Part shown: positions 57,073 through 64,000 of the stretch, piece by piece
How the letters are laid out: every line of letters begins with the position of its first letter
How positions within the stretch are numbered: position 1 is the stretch's first letter
DNA from: a virus
Reading direction: 5' to 3' (one strand)
IMG/VR virus record: IMGVR_UViG_3300021963_005683
Location: 6,078-70,077 of that record
Length of the DNA: 64,000 nt
Made by a program: the position numbers and the translations under genes
Notes under the pieces: model-generated
Databases searched by the model: none
What the model was told of the DNA's origin: nothing
Seen by the model: only the letters and a program-made list of their open reading frames with translations

Positions 57073-59304
57073 TTATCCGTTAAAAGCGGCGCCAGTTGGT
57101 AAGATGTTGAAATCAATTTGAATGAATTCAGCTGTCTTAGTTGGTTGTAAGTAGATAGCGCCTTTCATAATGTTTCTATCAATTACATCTGGAGTATTAT
57201 TTGAATCATCCATTACAACACGGAATGCGTACAAACCTTGTCTTTGTTGGATTGATTCTAAATAAGGGTTAACAATATTTAAAAATCTATTTCTTGTTTC
57301 TGAAGTGTTTTGTTCAAATACTAAATATCTTGAAGTAGATGCGATGTATTTTCTTACAGTTAATAATAATCTTCTTACATTAATTCTGTCTAATGCAGAT
57401 GGTTTATCTTGTAAAGTCTTTTGACCGAATACTACAATACCTTGTCCTGGGAACTGAACGATTGGGTTTACCTTTCCTTCATATAGAGTATCTTTTTCAG
57501 ACTGAGTTAATCTATTCAATACACTAACTGCTCCTACTAATCCACCTCTATTCAAACCTGCTGGTGCGAACCACTCAGCTGCTACTCTATCGTTTGCTGC
57601 GAATACGCCTGGAAGTAATACTGATGGTGGAACTGAAATCAATTTGTTTGTATTAACATCAATTGTCTTAATCCAAGGATAGTAAGTTGCTGTCATATTT
57701 GAATCTATTGCGTCTGCTTGTGTTGTAGCTTGTGAAATTGAATCACCTGCTGCATTTGTATCCATAATATAGAAACAATCATCTCTTTGTTCAACCATAT
57801 CTAAAACTGAAGTTGCTACCGAAGAATGTAATCTCCTAATAACACCTGGAGTTACAACCATATTGATATCAAATTCATCTGCATTAGATAATGCTGCGAT
57901 ATGTTTTGAATATGCTACTGAACCTGAAGATAATGAGTTTGTTAAATCAAAACCTTGTGAGTTTCCCGCTATAATATCAGTACCTTTATAAATTGGCGTT
58001 GCTGGCGATTTACCATCAAAACCTTCTTGGAATGCTACAACGAATTGTGCTAAAGAAGAACCTACTGATAATGTACCACCATTTGCTGCATCCAATCCAA
58101 ATACTGAATTAGAACCTACACCTGCTCCTGTTGGAATTGGCTTTAAGTAGATTGCGTTATCAGTATTGTTATCCAAATCAATACCACCATATTGTGTTGC
58201 CGATGCAGTTACAAATGTTACTGATGGAATTAATGCTCCAATAGCTGCTGATGCAGAAACTGGTAAAGAATACTTAGCATGTCCGAATGGTACTGCTTGT
58301 ACAGGAGCCGATTCGTTTAAATTTGCAATTCTAATATATTTTGAATTATTAACCCAATCACCACTTTCACTAATTTTACCTTCAGAGTTGATAGATAATT
58401 TTCTATCACCAATTACTCTACTAATGTAGTTCGGAGAATTAGGGTCTAAGTTTATATTTGAATATGTTTCTAATACTGTCTTTTTCTTATTTGTATCAGC
58501 AAAATCTCTAACAACAACAGTGAATGTACCATAATCAGTACCATTTACACTACCAGCTGCTTTAATATTTGTAATACCTATCTTAATTTTTGTATTTGTT
58601 ACATTACCTGCACCAATTGTTTCAAATTGAAACAAATCATATCTGTCGCCAGAAATAGTTTGAGATTTGATTGTTGGAGTTAATGCTTCTTGTGCATCAA
58701 AATTAAATAATTGATTACCTAATACTGTTACACTCGCAGAAGTTGAACTATTAAATGACATATTACTATTTTGGAAAAATCCGTAAACATATGCATTTTT
58801 ATTACCAAATGGAGTTGTACCAAATACTGCTTCAATGTCGTTTACACTTGTTGAGTTTAAAGATGCTGACAATGATAATAATGAACCTGTGATTGAGAAA
58901 TCACCATTACCATCTTTATCCGATACGGTTGTTGCTGTGAAACCTGCGTTTGCACTTGCTGATGTATTAAATAAAATACCTAAACTAGCTGATACTGAAC
59001 CAGAGGTTGCTGTCAATAATAAAGGAGCGGTTTCGGTGTAACCACCAATACCAGCTACTCTACAAATTGTAGCGCTTCCAGCTTCTCTTAAATATGATTG
59101 TACTGCTAACGGAGTATAATATGTATCATCAACCACTCCAAATAGAGTTTCGAATTCAGCTTGTGAGTTAACGATTGTAGGAGTTAAAGGGCCTTCCTTA
59201 AAAGGTCCTATGAATGCTGCACCGATTTCAGCTACACCCTGTTGTAAGAATGATAAGTCGTTTTCTTTTGTAAATACGCCCGGTGATACTATTTTTTCTG
59301 CCAT
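57073..59304 (-). CDS. Contractile tail sheath protein (gp18-like)
   Basis: SPGVF..E.D, WFAPAGLNRG, GQKTLQ, RINVRRL, FEQN, PTKTAEFI. Confidence 0.95.
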   Translation of the reverse strand: MAEKIVSPGVFTKENDLSFLQQGVAEIGAAFIGPFKEGPLTPTIVNSQAEFETLFGVVDDTYYTPLAVQSYLREAGSATICRVAGIGGYTETAPLLLTATSGSVSASLGILFNTSASANAGFTATTVSDKDGNGDFSITGSLLSLSASLNSTSVNDIEAVFGTTPFGNKNAYVYGFFQNSNMSFNSSTSASVTVLGNQLFNFDAQEALTPTIKSQTISGDRYDLFQFETIGAGNVTNTKIKIGITNIKAAGSVNGTDYGTFTVVVRDFADTNKKKTVLETYSNINLDPNSPNYISRVIGDRKLSINSEGKISESGDWVNNSKYIRIANLNESAPVQAVPFGHAKYSLPVSASAAIGALIPSVTFVTASATQYGGIDLDNNTDNAIYLKPIPTGAGVGSNSVFGLDAANGGTLSVGSSLAQFVVAFQEGFDGKSPATPIYKGTDIIAGNSQGFDLTNSLSSGSVAYSKHIAALSNADEFDINMVVTPGVIRRLHSSVATSVLDMVEQRDDCFYIMDTNAAGDSISQATTQADAIDSNMTATYYPWIKTIDVNTNKLISVPPSVLLPGVFAANDRVAAEWFAPAGLNRGGLVGAVSVLNRLTQSEKDTLYEGKVNPIVQFPGQGIVVFGQKTLQDKPSALDRINVRRLLLTVRKYIASTSRYLVFEQNTSETRNRFLNIVNPYLESIQQRQGLYAFRVVMDDSNNTPDVIDRNIMKGAIYLQPTKTAEFIQIDFNILPTGAAFNG

Positions 59305-59374
59305 TTTGTGCTTTTATTTAATTTTTAATGTCTACTATAAATATAATCTTTTATTTCAAAACAACAAATCAATG

Positions 59375-61093
59375 TTATTTATATGTTGGTGAGAAATGGT
59401 CATATACTTGTCCTACTAATGCTGCTGATTGTAACGTACTATAAAATAATACTGGTCCAATTTGTCCGTTCCAAAATGTTGTTCTTGCACTATTACTACC
59501 AACTGTTAAATGGTTAGTAGATGCTGGTGCCGAAAATGCTGATGCTGTAAATGTTCCTACTGATGTTTTATCTACATAAACCGTTACAGTTCCTGATGGT
59601 TGGAATGTTGCTGAAATCATATACCAAACGTTTGATGATAATGAAGTCGTTAATTGTCCACTATTTCCTAATGAACTACCATAAAATTTTACTCTATTTA
59701 AAGTAGAACTATCAGTTGATTCAATTGCTAAACCATAAAAACCTGCGTAGTCAAAAATGTGTCTAGTAGTTGTACCTAATGTTGTTGTAGGTCTTATCCA
59801 CATATGAATAGTTCCGGTGTTAGTATTGAATTGAGAAATACCACCATTGATATTTGTAGTAATATCTTTAAACCAGAATTGGTTTGTACCATTTCCTGCC
59901 CAATATTTTTCTTTTCTAGTCACACCATTATTATAAGATGGGTTACCACCTGTAATACTTGCTGATGCTCCCTGTCCTGCTGGTCTAAGACCTGTACCAT
60001 ATCCACTCAAATCTAACCAATCGGTTGTAGCAGTACCATTCGTAGATGATGCTTTTGATGGGTCAACATACATTCTTAATCCTGCAGATGGAATATATGG
60101 TTGACTTATTGTACCTTTGTTGTGTGATATTACACCATTTGAAATATAAACATCGGCATTTTCCACATTAACAGTTGCAATTTCCACATCTTCTCTAACA
60201 ATTGCTACATCATAGATTTCTTCTTCACTTCCATCAGCTTTAATTAATCTATCTCCTGGAAGAATATCTCCAACAATTTTAAATTTATATTTTCCTATTT
60301 CATTATCCCACACATATAGAGGGTGAGTTTCGGTAGCATCAATTACTCCATTATTTAATGAATAGTATGCTCCTGCGAAATTAAATGTAATATCTGATAC
60401 TACAACGTTTTGTGCTGAACCTGATAAAGTTTCTGAATGATAGAATCTCCATTCAACTTGGTCACTCTCTGGGTCTTGCGTTTCATCCGGTAATCCGGCT
60501 GGAACCCAAGATTTAATTTCATCACCAACATTCAAATCTTCAACATTAACCATTGTACCATTTGCTAATTCTATTTGTGTACCAAATAATAAACAAAAAT
60601 CAGGTTCGTTGATTGTATTATAAACATCTACTGCGTATAATGTTTTTGTAGTTGCGGTATTATATCCGGTTGCTGCTGTATTATATCCATCTGCATAAGT
60701 CATACTTAATACAGAAGATGCTTCCGAATAGTTGGATGCTGCGATTGATGCGGGTGTAATTGGAAAAGATGGAGATGCTCCCAATGTTGGAGAACCTACT
60801 GAAAAGTTTGCGTTACCAAATGATACTGCGTAATTTGCTGCTACACTTCCAACTCTAGTCCCATGCACTGCTCCTGCTGAGCCAAATGAGAAGGTTGCTG
60901 TTTCGGTGGTACTTTCTACAATATATGTATAAGTTGGCAAATTTGGTGTGACCGAATCAATTGCAAATGAACCGAAAGAAACTTGCGTTCCTGCTGATGC
61001 GTTTCTTTGATTTAAAGACGAAGCTTGTGTAGTTCTTGTTGAACCCACTGTTGCTCTGTATAAATTACCTAACGATAAATTTGTTTTTGCCAT
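59375..61093 (-). CDS. Virion protein with an internal Hint domain and C-terminal LamG/ConA-like domain
   Basis: CLLFGT.I...G....VEDL.VGD, T.THP and NG..SHN (Hint); W.DLSG.G, W.MIS.TF and F.NGQIG.V.FY (LamG). Confidence 0.8.
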   Translation of the reverse strand: MAKTNLSLGNLYRATVGSTRTTQASSLNQRNASAGTQVSFGSFAIDSVTPNLPTYTYIVESTTETATFSFGSAGAVHGTRVGSVAANYAVSFGNANFSVGSPTLGASPSFPITPASIAASNYSEASSVLSMTYADGYNTAATGYNTATTKTLYAVDVYNTINEPDFCLLFGTQIELANGTMVNVEDLNVGDEIKSWVPAGLPDETQDPESDQVEWRFYHSETLSGSAQNVVVSDITFNFAGAYYSLNNGVIDATETHPLYVWDNEIGKYKFKIVGDILPGDRLIKADGSEEEIYDVAIVREDVEIATVNVENADVYISNGVISHNKGTISQPYIPSAGLRMYVDPSKASSTNGTATTDWLDLSGYGTGLRPAGQGASASITGGNPSYNNGVTRKEKYWAGNGTNQFWFKDITTNINGGISQFNTNTGTIHMWIRPTTTLGTTTRHIFDYAGFYGLAIESTDSSTLNRVKFYGSSLGNSGQLTTSLSSNVWYMISATFQPSGTVTVYVDKTSVGTFTASAFSAPASTNHLTVGSNSARTTFWNGQIGPVLFYSTLQSAALVGQVYDHFSPTYK

Positions 61094-61104
61094 TGTATAA
61101 AGTG

Positions 61105-62103
61105 TTATTCTCCGTTATAAATATCTAAAAGTTTTTCTTTCCAATCATCTTTATTTGAAAAGTTTTTAATCATCCAATTTTTAAGTTTTTCAAATTCCTT
61201 TTTACGGGTTTCGTAATCATCCTCACATATTTTTTGGTAGGTCTCTCTAAACGATATCGCATCACTCGCTTTGTATTTATAATCAAGTGGTACGTGCCAT
61301 TTTTCATGTAGTATTGGAAGTTTTCCCCAATCCACTGCTTCAAAAATTCCATATCCGAATGGCTCATATTCAAAGCAAGAATGAGATATTCCCCAATCAA
61401 GTTCGTAGAACCTTTCTTTATATTTGTAATCAAATTTGTAAACTTTTGATTTTTCAAATTTGTATCCATATTTCTTTTTATAATATTTGTTAAATGTTTC
61501 TGAATTAGTAGAAATTAATCCACCCAATCCATCCATATATTCAACATTCTTTCTACCTTCAACTCTTGCTGCGTATCCTAATTCAGTTGAGTTTGAAAGT
61601 TCTTTGTTTTTTATAAATGTATAATTATTTGGAATATGATGTAAATTTTCCGTTTCATATGGAAAATGATACAATCCTACCCAAACTTTATTTTTAATTT
61701 TATTTATTAATTCGTTTTCGTATTCCCAATTTCCGTACCAATGCAAGTATTCGTCTTTACCTTGCTGTGCCATTAAAGATACTTTGGTTAAATTATGGAA
61801 TACAATTGAATCAATCTTTTCCAAATTTTGATGAATAGCTCTGGTCGGAGTATAATGACCATGTAAAATATGTATCCTTCTTGCACCTTCTAATATTTCA
61901 ATAATTTTATCTTCGGATGTTTCCCAAATATGGTCAATATCAATTGGAAATTCTTCGTAATTGGATGGTTTGTGTCTATGGAAAAGAAGAAGTGGCTTAA
62001 CTTCTAAGTTAGGTGCCACTTCTTTTATCCATTCGGTTACCCATATATCTGCGCCGCTGTTAAACCAAGGCCCACCAGCGGTGGTGTAGTAAACATCGTA
62101 CAT
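61105..62103 (-). CDS. GT-B glycosyltransferase within the tail gene cluster
   Basis: ARVEGRKN and YEPFGYGIFEAVD.GKLP. Confidence 0.7.
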   Translation of the reverse strand: MYDVYYTTAGGPWFNSGADIWVTEWIKEVAPNLEVKPLLLFHRHKPSNYEEFPIDIDHIWETSEDKIIEILEGARRIHILHGHYTPTRAIHQNLEKIDSIVFHNLTKVSLMAQQGKDEYLHWYGNWEYENELINKIKNKVWVGLYHFPYETENLHHIPNNYTFIKNKELSNSTELGYAARVEGRKNVEYMDGLGGLISTNSETFNKYYKKKYGYKFEKSKVYKFDYKYKERFYELDWGISHSCFEYEPFGYGIFEAVDWGKLPILHEKWHVPLDYKYKASDAISFRETYQKICEDDYETRKKEFEKLKNWMIKNFSNKDDWKEKLLDIYNGE

Positions 62104-62106
62104 TAA

Positions 62107-64000
62107 TTATAAACCTTTTGATTCTTTTAACTTCTCAATTTCGATTGTTAAAGAATGAATTTGTGTTTGTTGTTCTTTAATTGCTTCTACCATTAAACCC
62201 ATCATTTTTGAGTAATCCAATGCTAAGAAACCATCATCTCTAGTTTTAACTACTTCTGGTAAAACTTCTTGTACTTCTTGTGCTATCAAACCTGTTTTAG
62301 GAGTTGATTTTGTTACTTCATTCACATCATCATTCCATTCCCAAGTTACACCATTTAATTTAGTTACTTTTTCTAAAGCGTTTGGAATAGTTTGTATATT
62401 ATTCTTATGTCTTTTATCCGAAGTATAGTATGCCGTAATATCGCCAGTTGCAGTTATTGCTCCCGTTACTGTTAATGCTCCCGTTGCGGTTGCTCCACTT
62501 ACTGTTAAAGTAGTTAATGTACCAACCGATGTTAATGAAGATGCCGTTACACCTGATGCTAATGTTGCTCCTGATAAAGTTCCTGCTGCTGCTGTTACCG
62601 TAATATCGGCTGAACCATTGAATGAAACACCATTGATATTTCTTGCAGTTGCTAATGTAGTTGCAGTTGATGCGTTACCTGTCAATGCTGCCGTAATTGT
62701 ACCTGCACTAAAGTTACCACTTGCATCTCTTGCTACGATTGCAGAAACTGTATTTGCAGATGTAGCTGTTGTTGCTGAGTTACTTACTTTACCTGCCGTA
62801 CTAATTGTTGCCAATTTAGTATCAACAATTGCTGCCGAAGCGTTAATATCTCCGTTGACAATTGTACCATCAACAATCATATCACTTGTTACAACTCCCG
62901 ATGCTATCGTTGTTGCGTTACCAACTGAAGTTACATTACCTGTTAGATTTGCGTTTGTTGTTACAGTTGAAGCGTTACCTGTTAATGCTCCTACGAATGC
63001 AGTTGAAGTTACTGATGTTAAACCTGCTAATGTGGTAGAAGTTCCACCTAATGTAGTCGATGTTGAACCAATTGTTATTGTTTTATTTGAACCTAATAAA
63101 GAACCATCTATTTGTGCTGAACCCGAAACTATACCTCTACCTTTTGTTTCGTAAGATGAGGTTGCTGTATTTAAGTTAGAAACCGAAGTGTTTAAAGAAC
63201 CTGTTGATGTTCCTACTGCGGTCATTCTTGTTTCTAAAGATGAAGTATAACTACCTATTGTGGTATGCCTTGTATCATATGAACCAGTTAAAGTTCCTAA
63301 TGTAGTAAATCTTGTATCAACACTTGCAGTATAAGTTTGTAATGTAGTAGATTTAGTATTTTCAGAACCACTAAATGTGTTTAAGTTAGAAACCGAAGTG
63401 TTTAAACTTGCAGTAGTTAAGTTTATATTTGTTACCGAAGTGTTTAAACTTGCAGTTGTTGTGTTTACATTTGAATTAAATACTGAAACATCTACACCAT
63501 CAACATTTCCTGTTAATGTAATATTTCCTGTAATATCAATTGCTTTGTTAATATCTAAAGTAGAGTTGGCATCATCCCAAAGAATACTTGCATTTGCACC
63601 ACTAATATAGATACCCGCTCCGTTTGCTCCTGCAGAAGTTGTTGTACCTATTGCTAATTCAATTAGTTTATCTTCAACTAAAAGGTTTGCAGTGTTAAGT
63701 GTAGTTGTATCCCCTTGTACTGTAAGATTACCTAATACTGTTAAATCTGCACCACTTAATGATAAAGCGGTTTTTAGTGAAGATGTATATGTATTTAAAT
63801 TAGTTACTGAAGTGTTTAAACTTGCAGTAGTTAAGTTTATGTTAGTTACCGAAGTATTTAAACTTGCAGTTGTGGCTTCTAAATTTGTTAATCTAACTAA
63901 ATTAGATGAAGTCAAAGATTGAATTGTAGTCAATCTAGTTTCAACACTACCGGTATAAGTTCCAATTGTACCTAATTGCGTATTATAAGAACCTGTTAAA
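62107..64000 (-). CDS. Tail fibre with C-terminal peptidase S74 intramolecular chaperone (start lies beyond the window)
   Basis: Thr/Ser/Gly-rich repeats; SDKRHKNNI, GLIAQEV..VLPEVV, DYSK...L.VEAIKE; frame is open to position 64000. Confidence 0.88.
   Translation of the reverse strand, partial: LTGSYNTQLGTIGTYTGSVETRLTTIQSLTSSNLVRLTNLEATTASLNTSVTNINLTTASLNTSVTNLNTYTSSLKTALSLSGADLTVLGNLTVQGDTTTLNTANLLVEDKLIELAIGTTTSAGANGAGIYISGANASILWDDANSTLDINKAIDITGNITLTGNVDGVDVSVFNSNVNTTTASLNTSVTNINLTTASLNTSVSNLNTFSGSENTKSTTLQTYTASVDTRFTTLGTLTGSYDTRHTTIGSYTSSLETRMTAVGTSTGSLNTSVSNLNTATSSYETKGRGIVSGSAQIDGSLLGSNKTITIGSTSTTLGGTSTTLAGLTSVTSTAFVGALTGNASTVTTNANLTGNVTSVGNATTIASGVVTSDMIVDGTIVNGDINASAAIVDTKLATISTAGKVSNSATTATSANTVSAIVARDASGNFSAGTITAALTGNASTATTLATARNINGVSFNGSADITVTAAAGTLSGATLASGVTASSLTSVGTLTTLTVSGATATGALTVTGAITATGDITAYYTSDKRHKNNIQTIPNALEKVTKLNGVTWEWNDDVNEVTKSTPKTGLIAQEVQEVLPEVVKTRDDGFLALDYSKMMGLMVEAIKEQQTQIHSLTIEIEKLKESKGL
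63170..63875 (-). repeat. Coding repeats of a 14-aa (42-bp) unit, TTASLNTSV(T/S)N(I/L)N(L/T), in the tail fibre
   Basis: Two tandem pairs near 63380-63460 and 63795-63875, plus a partial copy near 63170-63196. Confidence 0.8.

Noticed and set aside
60119-60595. Mobile homing intein
   Set aside because: No endonuclease insert, and the +1 residue is Lys; treated as a Hint autoprocessing domain.
1142-63922. All plus-strand ORFs in the track, and short alternative-frame minus-strand ORFs (19758, 25487, 52142, 61170)
   Set aside because: They lie within well-supported minus-strand genes and have no motifs; they are shadow ORFs.
1-64000. Stop-codon reassignment as in some large phages
   Set aside because: Conserved genes are full-length in the standard code, and TAG, TGA and TAA all act as stops.
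1-64000. tRNA/rRNA genes, integrase, transposases, DGR
   Set aside because: Intergenic gaps are short and show no cloverleaf by eye; no integrase, transposase or reverse transcriptase motifs. A tRNAscan/Infernal run would be needed to exclude small RNAs.

Overview
This is a 64 kb, AT-rich, gene-dense piece of a large lytic myophage with a T4-like/'huge phage' organisation. Essentially every real gene is on the minus strand, and the ORFs read through intact in the standard code. The host is probably a Bacteroidota bacterium: nine intergenic TTTG-N20-TAnnTTTG-type promoters are present, Shine-Dalgarno motifs are not evident, and there are DUF4494 and Hc1-like genes. In transcription order (right to left) the window holds four blocks. 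(1) Tail: fibre with an S74 chaperone, glycosyltransferase, Hint/LamG protein, sheath, tube, assembly chaperone with a candidate frameshift, tape measure, baseplate. (2) A compact family-A polymerase and putative head-internal proteins. (3) T4-like replication and nucleotide metabolism: SSB, RecA/UvsX, 5'-3' exonuclease, GroES, helicase, NrdAB, PhoH, thioredoxin, PolB, clamp, clamp loader, dUTPase. (4) A large glycosyltransferase/heptose/Fe-S accessory block ending in a peptidoglycan-binding (lysis) gene. The best candidate for an undescribed system is the cassette at 27146-32815, directly upstream of PolB: two tandem Mom-like GNAT proteins, a DruA/DUF4338-like protein, a DUF262-HNH (GmrSD-like) nuclease and a GT-B glycosyltransferase. 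It looks like a replication-coupled DNA hypermodification plus self/non-self nuclease module. A second candidate is a set of enzymes with 'IKLKSLL' and L-x-E motifs that may be packaged in the capsid, including an Ntn-hydrolase whose catalytic Cys would be exposed by prohead-protease cleavage. All family assignments come from motif recognition by eye; no database search was run.
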